Source of the DNA: an uncultured Gammaproteobacteria bacterium
GTDB lineage: Bacteria > Patescibacteriota > Patescibacteriia > 2-12-FULL-60-25
Length of the DNA: 64,000 bases
Assembly: GCA_964437285.1 (NCBI GenBank)
Contig: CAYTGF010000002.1
Coordinates: forward strand, 3,543-67,542
Reading direction: 5' to 3'
Part shown: in pieces, positions 1-9,190 of the stretch
Position numbering within the stretch: the stretch's first letter is position 1
Layout: the number at the start of each line of letters is the position of its first letter
The notes under the pieces: generated by a model
What the model saw: only the letters and a program-made list of their open reading frames with translations
Database searches by the model: none
What the model was told of the DNA's origin: nothing
Made by a program: the position numbers and the translations under genes

Positions 1-636
1 TCGACTATGAAAACACTCGGTCCGATTACCGGAGAAGCTGGATGGTTGCCAGAACTCGTGATTAAGGGCAATCAAACCCTTCCGGAATTCGGTGGCGGCC
101 TCTGCCAAATCGGCACGACCGCGTTCCGCGCTGCGCTCAAAGCAGGCATGCCCATCACGGAACGGCGTAACCATAGCTATCGTGTTCGATACTATGAACC
201 CGCTGGAACCGATGCTACGCTCTACGACCCAGCTCCTGACTTTAAATTCAAAAATGACAGCGCACACCACATCCTGATCACGAAAGACCTTCGTAAAGAT
301 GATGTTTCATTCTTGATCTGGGGAACAAGCGATGGCCGCATCGCGAGCACCACGACGCCACTCGTGACAAACATCATCCAACCCCCTCCAAAAAAGACGA
401 TTGAAACCACGGATCTGAAACCTGGCGAGGTAAAATGCACGGAAAGCGCGCATGCCGGCGCAACCGCCTCCTTCAACTACTCCGTCCTGTATGCCGATGG
501 CCGCCAAGCCACCAGCACCTTCCGGAGCGTCTATCGTCCATGGCAAGCGGTGTGTCTCGTGGGCGTCGAAAAACTCTCTACCCCTGAAGCTCCCGTAAAC
601 GGACCAGACGAAACAGGCCTCAACAGCCCAGGCTAA
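1..636 (+). CDS. VanW-family protein, C-terminal part (5' end outside window)
   Basis: Frame open from base 1. GGGLCQIGTTAFRAALKAG..ITERRNHSYRVRYY..GTDATLY..DFKFKND resembles the VanW domain signature. A hairpin terminator follows. Confidence 0.7.
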   Translation, partial: STMKTLGPITGEAGWLPELVIKGNQTLPEFGGGLCQIGTTAFRAALKAGMPITERRNHSYRVRYYEPAGTDATLYDPAPDFKFKNDSAHHILITKDLRKDDVSFLIWGTSDGRIASTTTPLVTNIIQPPPKKTIETTDLKPGEVKCTESAHAGATASFNYSVLYADGRQATSTFRSVYRPWQAVCLVGVEKLSTPEAPVNGPDETGLNSPG

Positions 637-639
637 ACC

Positions 640-668
640 AAAACCCGCGATTCCGCGGGTTTTGTCTT
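640..668 (+). terminator. intrinsic terminator
   Basis: AAAACCCGCG-ATTC-CGCGGGTTTT hairpin followed by a T-rich tract. Confidence 0.7.
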
Positions 669-695
669 GACAAAACAGAGGCTTTCGGCTAGAAT
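667..695 (+). promoter_or_regulatory. sigma70-type promoter
   Basis: TTGACA (667-672), 17-nt spacer, TAGAAT (690-695). GGAGG and ATG 728 lie downstream. Confidence 0.6.
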
Positions 696-727
696 CAGTC
701 ACCTCATCACACCGCTACGGAGGCATT

Positions 728-1660
728 ATGGGAGCGGAACTTCCGTCCATCATTGACTCGTGCCCAGTCATCGACTCTCTGGAGAAAGTCATCGTCTCTC
801 CTTGGCTAACGAACCCGGCTTGGCGGCTGGTCAAGATCCCAGCCATCCTTCTCTTCAAGACGAGGCTCTTCAAAAAGCATCCGTGGATCCGTAAGATCAC
901 GAAAGCCGTCGGCTCCATCTACGTCCTCGAAGGGATCAACGGCGAGCCGATCGACTGGCCTGCCGGTCACTTCGGCACGTACTTCCGCTGCACCCCGCGA
1001 CGCAAGTACGAGAATCCCTACATCGAGGATCTCTACTGGTTGCACGAGATTTACCACCTCTACACCTGGCTTCCGGGAGCCCGTCAGGTGACGCCGCGGG
1101 AACACGAGAGCTGGCACAACTGGCAGCAGCGCATGATGCGCTCGGAGATTCGCGCGGCATGCGCCTCGGAATGTATGAGCCATATCCTGCTCCCTGGACT
1201 TCGCAAGGAGACCTTCAAGCACCCCATCTGGGTGGATCGGTTCCTTAAGAACAGGGCCTGGGTCGAGGCGGTGCGCAGCGGCAAGATCTCCCACAACGAG
1301 GCGTTCAAGCAGGTGAAGCGGGCCCGCCGTCACTGCCTCGAGCAGCCCCGGTATGACGACTACGTTGAGGCACAGATCCATGGCTACTACCAGTCGAATC
1401 TGGACTGGGTGAAGCTCTGGGCCATCGAGCTGGTCACGATCGGTGGGGTCGAAACCCCGGCATTCCGCGCCGTGGAAGCCCATGTAAAGGCAATGCACTA
1501 CGGCCAAATGAGCGACGATGAGCATGCTGCATGGCTCATCGATGCTTGCGGTACCGGGTCGCGACGTGAGCGCGTACCATTCCACTCTCTCGCGGCCACC
1601 TTCGAAGCTCGATTTAAGCGGTACTATGCCGAGTTCGGGAACCAGGTATTTCTCGCCTGA
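728..1660 (+). CDS. hypothetical protein (contains HEIYH, an HExxH-like motif)
   Basis: 310-aa ORF with own promoter, GGAGG 5 nt upstream of the ATG, and GC-rich composition. The opposite-strand ORF 806..1585 looks like an antisense shadow. Confidence 0.6.
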   Translation: MGAELPSIIDSCPVIDSLEKVIVSPWLTNPAWRLVKIPAILLFKTRLFKKHPWIRKITKAVGSIYVLEGINGEPIDWPAGHFGTYFRCTPRRKYENPYIEDLYWLHEIYHLYTWLPGARQVTPREHESWHNWQQRMMRSEIRAACASECMSHILLPGLRKETFKHPIWVDRFLKNRAWVEAVRSGKISHNEAFKQVKRARRHCLEQPRYDDYVEAQIHGYYQSNLDWVKLWAIELVTIGGVETPAFRAVEAHVKAMHYGQMSDDEHAAWLIDACGTGSRRERVPFHSLAATFEARFKRYYAEFGNQVFLA

Positions 1661-1715
1661 TCCCCTTCATTTTGGGGGTCGTTTTTATTTCATGCCCTCC
1701 CCTGGCTCGGTTCAC

Positions 1716-1744
1716 TTGACAACTCTTTGCTTTTCAGGTGTAAT
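1716..1744 (+). promoter_or_regulatory. sigma70-type promoter (upstream of two in tandem)
   Basis: TTGACA (1716-1721), 17-nt spacer, TGTAAT (1739-1744). Confidence 0.45.
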
Positions 1745-1769
1745 GAGATGACCGTTCAGATCATATCCC

Positions 1770-1798
1770 TTGACAAGACCGCCGGGGTTTGATAGATT
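1770..1798 (+). promoter_or_regulatory. sigma70-type promoter
   Basis: TTGACA (1770-1775), 17-nt spacer, TAGATT (1793-1798). Confidence 0.5.
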
Positions 1799-1804
1799 CG
1801 TGCC

Positions 1805-1963
1805 ACTTTTGACAAACGTTGCAGCAATCCGCATCCACGACAAGCATGGGACCTTTTTGCAGGAAGACGCTGGTCTTCGGACTCGCCCTCTCCTCTGAAA
1901 AGGTTTCTTGGGTGCGGATTGCTCCAGCGTTGGTCTCAAAAACAGCCTTAAACGGCTGTTTTT
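1805..1963 (+). ncRNA. candidate structured small RNA (family unknown)
   Basis: About 160 nt between a consensus promoter and a terminator, with no SD-led ORF. A 23-bp closing helix pairs 1815-1837 with 1909-1931 and includes two U-G wobbles valid only on the + transcript. An inner helix pairs 1848-1858 with 1897-1908, and the apex is GUC-UUCG-GAC. Confidence 0.35.
1937..1963. terminator. bidirectional intrinsic terminator (sRNA candidate / trxB)
   Basis: ACAGCC-TTAAAC-GGCTGT hairpin flanked by an A-run and a T-run. Confidence 0.7.
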
Positions 1964-1983
1964 CTGTTTCTTCGCACCAATGG

Positions 1984-2919
1984 TTATTCGTGACCCGCGA
2001 GATACCGCTCTGCTTCAAGGGCGGCCATGCACCCGGTTCCTGCCGCGGTAATTGCTTGACGGTAGATTCGGTCTTGCACGTCGCCGCAGGCAAAGAGCCC
2101 CGGCACGGTTGTTTGCGTTGTTCCTGGTTTGGTCTTGATATAGCGCTGCTCATCAAGTTCAACGAGACCTTCGACAAGGCTGACATTCGGCTCATGGCCG
2201 ATGGCGGCAAATACCCCATCGATGGGCCTTTCTTCCGTTGCTCCCGTCTGGGTATCGCGCAAAACAACGCCCGTCACATACCCAGCTTCTTTTCCCAAGA
2301 TGTCCGTTACCTCCCGGTTCCAGAGCACCGTAATTTTTGGATTTGCCATGACACGGGCCTGCATGATTTTTGACGCCTTAAACGTATCCCGGCGATGCAC
2401 GATCACGACTTCCGTGGCGAAGCGAGTGAGAAACATCGCTTCTTCCATCGCGCTATCTCCTCCACCGACTACCATCACGCGCTTTCCACGGAAGAAGAAC
2501 CCGTCACAGGTTGCGCACGCGGACACACCTTTGCCGTAGAGCGCTTTTTCTGAGTCGAGCCCCAAACGGCGCGCGGTCGCTCCCGTTGCGAGAATAACGG
2601 TTTGCGCCGTTACCTGCTCGCCCTTTTCCGTCGTGAGCAAAAATTTCCCATCGGGCTCTCGAACAAGTGATTGGATGCGTTCGCTCTTTACTTCCGTTCC
2701 AACGCGAACAGCCTGAGCGCGCATCACTTTCATGAGCTCAGGCCCCTGAATCCCATGTTCAAACCCAGGAAAGTTCTCGACATCTGTCGTGGTCATGAGC
2801 TGACCTCCGGGTTCTGATCCCTCAAATACAAGAGGCTGCACGTTTGCACGAGCGGCATACACCGCCGCAGTCCAACCCGCTGGGCCGGATCCGATAATCA
2901 CCACTTGTCTATCGGCCAT
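1984..2919 (-). CDS. trxB: thioredoxin-disulfide reductase
   Basis: 311 aa. N-terminal GSGPAGWTAA FAD motif, CATCDG redox-active site, second GGGDSAMEEA dinucleotide motif. Confidence 0.95.
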   Translation of the reverse strand: MADRQVVIIGSGPAGWTAAVYAARANVQPLVFEGSEPGGQLMTTTDVENFPGFEHGIQGPELMKVMRAQAVRVGTEVKSERIQSLVREPDGKFLLTTEKGEQVTAQTVILATGATARRLGLDSEKALYGKGVSACATCDGFFFRGKRVMVVGGGDSAMEEAMFLTRFATEVVIVHRRDTFKASKIMQARVMANPKITVLWNREVTDILGKEAGYVTGVVLRDTQTGATEERPIDGVFAAIGHEPNVSLVEGLVELDEQRYIKTKPGTTQTTVPGLFACGDVQDRIYRQAITAAGTGCMAALEAERYLAGHE

Positions 2920-2922
2920 AGT

Positions 2923-3246
<324 letters not shown>

Positions 3247-3306
3247 AGAAACAATAACAACGAGTAACACGGTGATACTACTCGTGCGGTTTCGAGATCG
3301 CAAGCC

Positions 3307-3873
3307 TTATTCAAGATCCTCTCCGTACAACATCGCGTGTTCGTAGACAGAGAGCATTCCTGGCGCCGTTTTTCCGTGCAGAGCGGTTTTGTATCGAGCG
3401 CGCTCCGCTTCTGCTTGATCAACCAAAGCTTTCATATCGGCATGATGCTCGCGCCACAGGAGAGCGAATATCTGCGGCATGAGGAGATCGAACTCGACGT
3501 TCTCGGCCTCATGAAAGGCGAAATCCGCCTGAGGAGAACGCCTAAGATCGGAAAAACGTGAATGCCCCTCGCGTTCTGCGAGCCTACGCAACAACACCTG
3601 TGTTGTCGGAAGACAGCGCGGCACGAGCGCTTCCCACACGAGCTCGGGATGCGTCTCCGCGAATATTCGAGCGGCACGACGGGCGGGCCAGCTCGCTTCT
3701 GCATACCGCAAGAACTCGGCTTCTTGCGCTTGCGTCCATTCGTCTCGCTTTGCCTCTTCGATAAGCGCCTCAATACTCGCGCGCAAAGACCCCTCCGTGA
3801 AGGGCCACCACGCCATAAGAGCATCCACGCGCACGCGCTTTGCTTCGTCTGATAAAGAGCGAGAAGAGGACAT
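3307..3873 (-). CDS. hypothetical protein
   Basis: 188-aa ORF co-directional with trxA-trxB, with an extended -10 seven nt upstream of the ATG. Confidence 0.6.
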   Translation of the reverse strand: MSSSRSLSDEAKRVRVDALMAWWPFTEGSLRASIEALIEEAKRDEWTQAQEAEFLRYAEASWPARRAARIFAETHPELVWEALVPRCLPTTQVLLRRLAEREGHSRFSDLRRSPQADFAFHEAENVEFDLLMPQIFALLWREHHADMKALVDQAEAERARYKTALHGKTAPGMLSVYEHAMLYGEDLE

Positions 3874-3880
3874 GGAGTAC

Positions 3881-3888
3881 AGTATACA
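3881..3888 (-). promoter_or_regulatory. extended -10 element (TG-TATACT) 7 nt upstream of ATG 3873
   Basis: Minus strand reads TGTATACT-GTACTCC-ATG. No clear -35 and no SD. Confidence 0.4.
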
Positions 3889-4000
3889 GGAAAGGTAGAC
3901 AAATTTCCCCAGATACTGGTATGCTCTCGCCTAGCTCCCCCTTTCGTCCCGGATGTTTTTCCGTTCCTGTGCCATTCTTGACGTTCTGAGCGAGTTTCCT

Positions 4001-5584
4001 ATGACTTTTATCACTATTTTTCTGCCGGTGCTTGGTTTAGGTTTGGGGGCGGTTCTTGGCTATGCTTGGCGTACGCACCTCGCAACCCAAGGAAAAACGG
4101 CTGTCGAACAGCAAGCGATCGCGATACTTCGGGATGCAGAACAAAAACACAGCGAACGCCTTCAATCCATGGAGGCGCAACTTAAAGATGCCGAGGGAAA
4201 ACACCAGGATATCTTGCAACGCGCAAAAGAAAAAGCGATCAAGATTCTTGAAGAAGCTCGTCTTGAAGAAAAGCAGGCGATTGAGACCCTAAAACAGCAA
4301 CAGGCTGAGCTCGTGGCACGCGAACAAGAATTTGCCCAAAAACTCATCGATATTGATACCGAACGAAGGCAGTTCGACACTCTCAAACAGACCATCGAAA
4401 CCCAACGCGCAGAAGTGGAACGGCTTCAAATACAATGGCAAGAGGAGCTCGTGCGCGTAGCCGGACTCAGTCGAGAAGTCGCTCTGGAGCAACTCCTGAA
4501 AGATATTGAAAGCGAACAGGCCGATACACTCCTTGGACGCATTCGAAAACTCGAAAGTCACGCAAGCGAAGAGCTCGAGCTTCGAGCGAAGAACCTGCTC
4601 GCCACCATGATTCAACGACAGGCTGCCTCCCATGTCGCAGAAACGACGACGACCTACGTGGAGCTCCCAACAGATGAAATGAAGGGGAGAATTATTGGTC
4701 GCGAGGGGCGCAATATTAAAGCGATCGAACTTCTGACGGGCTGTGAACTGATTATTGACGAGAGCCCGAATCTCGTGACGGTTTCCGGATTTTCGCCCAT
4801 TCGTCGCCAAGTCGCCAAACGCGCCCTGGAAAAACTCATCGCGGATGGACGCATTCATCCTGGCCGTATTGAAGAGTTCGTGGACGAAGCGAAAAAAGAT
4901 CTTGCTATTGATATTAAAAAAGCCGGTGAAGACGCCCTTTTTCAACTCGGTATTTCTCCTGCAGAAATCGATCCAAAGTTTACGCAGATTCTTGGTCGCA
5001 TGAAATTCCGTACGAGCTACGGACAAAATGCGCTCTTACACTCCCTGGAGGTCGCGCAGCTCTCGGTCGCCCTCGCAGAAGAGCTCGGTGCGGACGTAGA
5101 AATTTGTCGTAAGGGCGGACTCTTTCATGATATCGGCAAAGCCGTCGATCATGACTTACAAGGCAGTCACCCAGAACTTGGGTATCAGATCATGAAGAAG
5201 TACGGATTCTCAGAAGACATCTGCTACCAATCCATCGGCCACCACGAAGACAAGCCACGGACGCTCGAGGCGATTATTGTAAAAGCCGCCGACGCGATCT
5301 CCGGAGCGCGTCCCGGTGCTCGAAAAGACTCTCTTGAGTTTTATATCAAGCGTCTCGAAGGACTCGAGAAAACCGCGAAGTCCTTCGAAGGGGTCGAGAA
5401 AGTCTATGCGATTCAAGCCGGTCGTGAAATTCGCGTCTTCGTCAATCCTAAGCAAGTGGATGATCTCGTCGCCGAAAAACTCGCCCGCGCGATCGCCAAG
5501 AAAATCGAAAGCGAACTCAAATACCCGGGCGAAATTCGCGTGACCCTCATCCGCGAAACACGGGTAGTAGAGGTGGCACGATAA
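4001..5584 (+). CDS. rny: ribonuclease Y
   Basis: N-terminal TM helix, long coiled coil, KH motif GRIIGREGRNIKAIE, HD motif LFHDIGKA..GHHE. An alternative upstream ATG is at 3953. Confidence 0.93.
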   Translation: MTFITIFLPVLGLGLGAVLGYAWRTHLATQGKTAVEQQAIAILRDAEQKHSERLQSMEAQLKDAEGKHQDILQRAKEKAIKILEEARLEEKQAIETLKQQQAELVAREQEFAQKLIDIDTERRQFDTLKQTIETQRAEVERLQIQWQEELVRVAGLSREVALEQLLKDIESEQADTLLGRIRKLESHASEELELRAKNLLATMIQRQAASHVAETTTTYVELPTDEMKGRIIGREGRNIKAIELLTGCELIIDESPNLVTVSGFSPIRRQVAKRALEKLIADGRIHPGRIEEFVDEAKKDLAIDIKKAGEDALFQLGISPAEIDPKFTQILGRMKFRTSYGQNALLHSLEVAQLSVALAEELGADVEICRKGGLFHDIGKAVDHDLQGSHPELGYQIMKKYGFSEDICYQSIGHHEDKPRTLEAIIVKAADAISGARPGARKDSLEFYIKRLEGLEKTAKSFEGVEKVYAIQAGREIRVFVNPKQVDDLVAEKLARAIAKKIESELKYPGEIRVTLIRETRVVEVAR

Positions 5585-5590
5585 AAAAAA

Positions 5591-5611
5591 GAAGCCTTCG
5601 CTTCTTTTTTT
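5591..5611 (+). terminator. intrinsic terminator
   Basis: GAAGC-CTTC-GCTTC hairpin plus a T7 run, preceded by an A-run. Confidence 0.75.
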
Positions 5612-5684
5612 ATACCAAGACCAGATTGACAACGACAACTATCAAATACATACTCTCAGAGGAGCGAACAAGAAAGGACGGAAC

Positions 5685-5897
5685 ATGAAGGACATACCCC
5701 TGCTCCCACTGTTTCTCATCACGATGTGTGGAGTCATGCTCGTCGATACCTTCGTATTCGAGCTACTCGAAATACCGCCCTCCACCGACACCTCCCTGCT
5801 CTACGTCGGCACGCTGCAGGGTGCCGCGTGCATGTTTGCAGTTACTTCCGTATGGCTGTTTATCGTGAATCGGAGGCGTCGACAGCCACCGAAGTAA
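5685..5897 (+). CDS. small hypothetical membrane protein
   Basis: 70 aa, two hydrophobic segments, C-terminal RRRRQPPK. TTGACA at about 5627 lies upstream. Confidence 0.4.
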   Translation: MKDIPLLPLFLITMCGVMLVDTFVFELLEIPPSTDTSLLYVGTLQGAACMFAVTSVWLFIVNRRRRQPPK

Positions 5898-5923
5898 CCT
5901 TATCCTGTGTCACACAGGTTTTT

Positions 5924-6421
5924 TTATAACCACGCAGTATACGGAATAGCACTCGGCCGGAGTGGAATCTTCCCTTCTTTTATATCTTGCTTGTCGATCC
6001 AGATAGCGCGCCAAGTTTTCCCAAATTCTTTAATCAAGATCTCTTCTTGTTCTAATAACGCGATTTTTACGAGTTTTCCTCGGAAGATAAAGATCACTTG
6101 ATGACGTGTATTCCCCTGAAATGGGAACACATGCTCGCACACCGTCAAAAACTCAATATCTTCAAGCTCACTCCCAAGCTCTTCCCGAATCTCGCGAATA
6201 ACAGCGTCGCGAGCATATTCTCCTTTTTCGATTGCTCCCCCCAAAAAACGAACGTAGCGTTCATGAGTTTCCGGATGAAAAAACTCTTGCATCAGCCAGC
6301 GTCCCTGATGCTCGATCAGACAAAACGCCTTTACTTCGATCCCGTCTGGATACCAGTACATAGGAAGATGAGTGTAGCCAAAGAGAAGTCGCTTTACCAG
6401 ATAAGACATACCCCACCCCAA
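5924..6421 (-). CDS. NUDIX hydrolase
   Basis: Nudix box GGAIEKGEYARDAVIREIREELG. Confidence 0.85.
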   Translation of the reverse strand: MGWGMSYLVKRLLFGYTHLPMYWYPDGIEVKAFCLIEHQGRWLMQEFFHPETHERYVRFLGGAIEKGEYARDAVIREIREELGSELEDIEFLTVCEHVFPFQGNTRHQVIFIFRGKLVKIALLEQEEILIKEFGKTWRAIWIDKQDIKEGKIPLRPSAIPYTAWL

Positions 6422-6490
6422 AATTGCCTAAAATAAGCGGATATGGTATTGTGCAACTGCATTTATTCTTGTTGTTCGTGTTTCACACCT

Positions 6491-6787
6491 ATGAACAAGG
6501 CGGAACTCATTGCCGCGCTCGCGGAACGCGTAGAAGGTATTTCTAAGAAGCAGGCCGAGGAGTGCATGGAAACGTTTGTCCGACTCGTGACGGACACGCT
6601 CAAGTCTGGCGGCGAAGTGAATATTGCCGGATTCGGAGCGTTCATGGCTAAAACCCGCGCTCCACGCATGGGCGTCAACCCTCAGTCGCCAACGGAAAAA
6701 ATCCAAATTCCTGCGGTCACGGTTCCAAAGTTCAAAGCGGGAAAAGGTCTCAAAGATGCGCTCAAACACAGTCATCAGACCGTGTAA
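6491..6787 (+). CDS. hup: DNA-binding protein HU
   Basis: MNKAELIAALAE..GFGAF..RAPRMGVNPQS..I.IPA...PKFKAGK, a classic HU/IHF pattern. ATG at 6491 lies within the longer ORF. Confidence 0.93.
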   Translation: MNKAELIAALAERVEGISKKQAEECMETFVRLVTDTLKSGGEVNIAGFGAFMAKTRAPRMGVNPQSPTEKIQIPAVTVPKFKAGKGLKDALKHSHQTV

Positions 6788-6793
6788 CGCAAA

Positions 6794-6816
6794 AACCGAG
6801 CCTCGCTCGGTTTTGT
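6794..6816 (+). terminator. intrinsic terminator
   Basis: AACCGAGC-CTC-GCTCGGTT hairpin plus T-run. Confidence 0.75.
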
Positions 6817-6858
6817 TGTCGCGCGATACACCAAGCTCCGCTCGAAGATGCGAGTTTT

Positions 6859-6888
6859 TTGACAAAACTCCGTGCTTTGTGGTATAAA
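6859..6888 (+). promoter_or_regulatory. sigma70-type promoter
   Basis: TTGACA (6859-6864), 18-nt spacer ending in TGG, TATAAA (6883-6888). Confidence 0.6.
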
Positions 6889-6924
6889 TAATCACCCTTC
6901 CGCCAGAAGCACACAGGAGTCACC

Positions 6925-7368
6925 GTGACCACAACCGTTCTGCAGCGCACGCACGAACCCTTGCCCGGTTACTGCGCCCACATCCCCAACGATCAGGCGC
7001 TCGGAGACGCCATACCACTCACAACCCTTCTCCATGCCGAACGGAGCGCCGCACTCGCAGCCATCGATGATCTGCTCAAGATGGACGACGTCGCTCGCCA
7101 GGAATGCGAGGTGCTGACGAAGGCGACGCTCAAGCTCATCCGAAAGAGCACTCGATCCTTCAAGTTGGGCGCAACTCCGGAGGTGAACCGGCGAGCGTTC
7201 CTGGGGGTCCTCGAAACATGCGGCGGTCTCCGTTGGAGGCTTGAGGACCTGCGCACCGTAGAACAGGACCCCGTCTACCTCACTCGTCGCGAACTCGAAG
7301 CGTACCGGAACGCGGCCATGGCCGCACTCGGCAACGACCGACCGTTCAAGGTCACACACACCCCCTGA
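6925..7368 (+). CDS. hypothetical protein (GTG start)
   Basis: 147 aa, AGGAG upstream, own promoter and terminator, GC-rich. Confidence 0.55.
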   Translation: MTTTVLQRTHEPLPGYCAHIPNDQALGDAIPLTTLLHAERSAALAAIDDLLKMDDVARQECEVLTKATLKLIRKSTRSFKLGATPEVNRRAFLGVLETCGGLRWRLEDLRTVEQDPVYLTRRELEAYRNAAMAALGNDRPFKVTHTP

Positions 7369-7380
7369 GCCCTCGGGCTG

Positions 7381-7403
7381 ACACGCAAACCGCGTGTTTT
7401 TTC
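7381..7403 (+). terminator. intrinsic terminator
   Basis: ACACGC-AAACC-GCGTGT hairpin plus T-run. Confidence 0.7.
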
Positions 7404-7448
7404 TTTTGTGCCGGGCACACCCAGGCCCACTAGGCACCTGAGCGTTTC

Positions 7449-7477
7449 TTGACAAAATACGCACTTTTTGTCATCAT
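7449..7477 (+). promoter_or_regulatory. sigma70-type promoter
   Basis: TTGACA (7449-7454), 17-nt spacer, CATCAT (7472-7477). The track ORF start at 7449 is the -35 hexamer itself. Confidence 0.5.
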
Positions 7478-7508
7478 GGGCCATCGTCCTTTTCATGCGG
7501 AGGCCTTC

Positions 7509-8261
7509 ATGCGTCCACTTTCAGAGCTGCTGCAGGATGGAATCAAGGCGGTTCGACTCATCCGATCGATTCCGCCTACGCACCGACCCACCGTCTACAC
7601 CGTCGAGGGAACCACCACAACTGTTCGGCCTCACGCGGATTTCACGATCTACGCGTTCACCAGGACCTACTGGGAGACCATCTCGGAAGAAGCGCTCTTC
7701 CTCGTGACCAACGACGGGCTCTTCTTCCCTCTCGACGTGCGGGACGTGCCCCTCATCAACAACCGCGTTCCGCTCATTGGCGAGTACGTGGATCGGTTGT
7801 GTGGGAGACAACCGAAGCACGCCCAACTCGAGGATGAGCGACTGAACGATGGCTCGTACGCGGCGGTAAGCTTCAAGCGATCCCTGATGCGCATTCCCGA
7901 GAAGCTCCTTCCCACCGACAAGCGCGATCACTTGATCACCGCTCTGAACACGACCCAGAGCCAGGTACGCGCGCAAACGAGTCCCGTTGGTGTGGGCGAT
8001 GCGTTCAAGCGTCTCCTTGCCGCTCGTATCGAGCAGTGGAGCGCGCTTCACCCAGCGGACAGTCAGCGTCGTACGGTCACGGCATGGTTCAACGCCAAGG
8101 ATCATCTCATCGCATTTGGACTCTCATGGCGGTCGTCCCAGCGGTTCGAGGCTCCGATGCATCATCTCGTACTCGTCGGCGGTCAGCGCTATCGCGGCGT
8201 GAAGGCAGAATCCCTCCTCAACACCACCACGCTCACCAACATGAGGTACGTTCATGCGTAA
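7509..8261 (+). CDS. hypothetical protein
   Basis: GGAGG 6 nt upstream of ATG 7509. 250 aa, GC-rich. Confidence 0.6.
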   Translation: MRPLSELLQDGIKAVRLIRSIPPTHRPTVYTVEGTTTTVRPHADFTIYAFTRTYWETISEEALFLVTNDGLFFPLDVRDVPLINNRVPLIGEYVDRLCGRQPKHAQLEDERLNDGSYAAVSFKRSLMRIPEKLLPTDKRDHLITALNTTQSQVRAQTSPVGVGDAFKRLLAARIEQWSALHPADSQRRTVTAWFNAKDHLIAFGLSWRSSQRFEAPMHHLVLVGGQRYRGVKAESLLNTTTLTNMRYVHA

Positions 8262-9156
8262 CCCATCCACCTACAGGCGTTTCAGGGAGCAGACCCTGGA
8301 CGCAGCCAGCCGCCTCTACATCAGTTTCCTCGAGAAGACGGGAGGGTACGGAATCCTCCTCGTCGCTCAGGTCGGTGCCCCGGCACTTGTCCTGCAGAAG
8401 TGTTACGGGGAACGGTACGCCCCCACAGAGGTCAAGGTCCTGGAAGGCGCAACCTTTGACGAGCGCTCTCCCACTTGGCACACTCTTGTGTTCACCGCGC
8501 GCATCGGTGACAAGGAGACGCGGCAGGAGATCGTGCTCGATCGCGTCCGGCGAACAATGGAGTCTTCGCAAGGAGATCCTCCCTTGTTCACCCTTCCGTA
8601 CGTGCACGAGGGGTCCGGGGTGATTGGCCTGATCGCAATGGGGATCATCCCCGCGGCGGTGCTCGGTGCGGTTGCAGGACTACCGATCTACGGGGTACGT
8701 CAGCTCTACTTCAAAGCGCTCGAAGCCGCCGCTCGCAGGCACGGCCTCGATGCGGCCAAGTACGCCCTCGCCAAGGCACTCGCTCCCCACCTCGCCACCG
8801 ACGTACACGAGCTCCTCCTCGAAGCTCTCTGCGCTCGTCAGAAGGACGAGGATGGTGAGCCGAGTCCCATCATCGGAGGGGTCATGGTGTTCGCAGATTT
8901 TCTTCGCACCGCACACCGCGTCCAGGTCTCTGGGTTCTATCCGTCAGATCCTCCCGACTACCAATGGTGGCGCGATGACCGCCTCATCGCCACCGCGACC
9001 TGGAATCCGGACAGGAAGGAGAACGCCTCCCCCACGGACTACCTCTTCGAGCCAACGAGAGACCTCTTCGAGTGGAGCGAGCCCGAACCCACCCTGACCC
9101 CCAGGGAGGTGGAGATCCTCCTCACATGCTTCTCCTCCACGAAGCCCCTCCCTTGA
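8254..9156 (+). CDS. hypothetical protein with a central TM segment
   Basis: 300 aa. The ATG overlaps the upstream stop (ATGCGTAA, 8-nt overlap). Hydrophobic GVIGLIAMGIIPAAVLGAVAGLPIYG. Confidence 0.6.
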   Translation: MRNPSTYRRFREQTLDAASRLYISFLEKTGGYGILLVAQVGAPALVLQKCYGERYAPTEVKVLEGATFDERSPTWHTLVFTARIGDKETRQEIVLDRVRRTMESSQGDPPLFTLPYVHEGSGVIGLIAMGIIPAAVLGAVAGLPIYGVRQLYFKALEAAARRHGLDAAKYALAKALAPHLATDVHELLLEALCARQKDEDGEPSPIIGGVMVFADFLRTAHRVQVSGFYPSDPPDYQWWRDDRLIATATWNPDRKENASPTDYLFEPTRDLFEWSEPEPTLTPREVEILLTCFSSTKPLP

Positions 9157-9163
9157 ACACCAA

Positions 9164-9190
9164 GCCCCGATGCAAGATCGGGGCGTTTTT
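9164..9190. terminator. intrinsic terminator between convergent genes
   Basis: CCCCGAT-GCAAG-ATCGGGG hairpin plus T5. Confidence 0.7.

Noticed and set aside
806-1585. 259-aa minus-strand ORF (similar cases at 7521..8105, 12064..12834, 13129..13614, 31068..31529, 32398..32823, 35861..36385)
   Set aside because: All lie fully inside plus-strand (or, for 35861, minus-strand) genes that have SD, promoter and terminator support. Their composition is antisense-like.
1805-1963. Assigning the sRNA candidate to SRP (4.5S) RNA or 6S RNA
   Set aside because: It lacks the conserved SRP domain IV motif (..GGUCC-GGAA-GGAAGCAGC..), and the apex is UUCG. It has no large two-sided central bubble as in 6S. 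The family is left unassigned.
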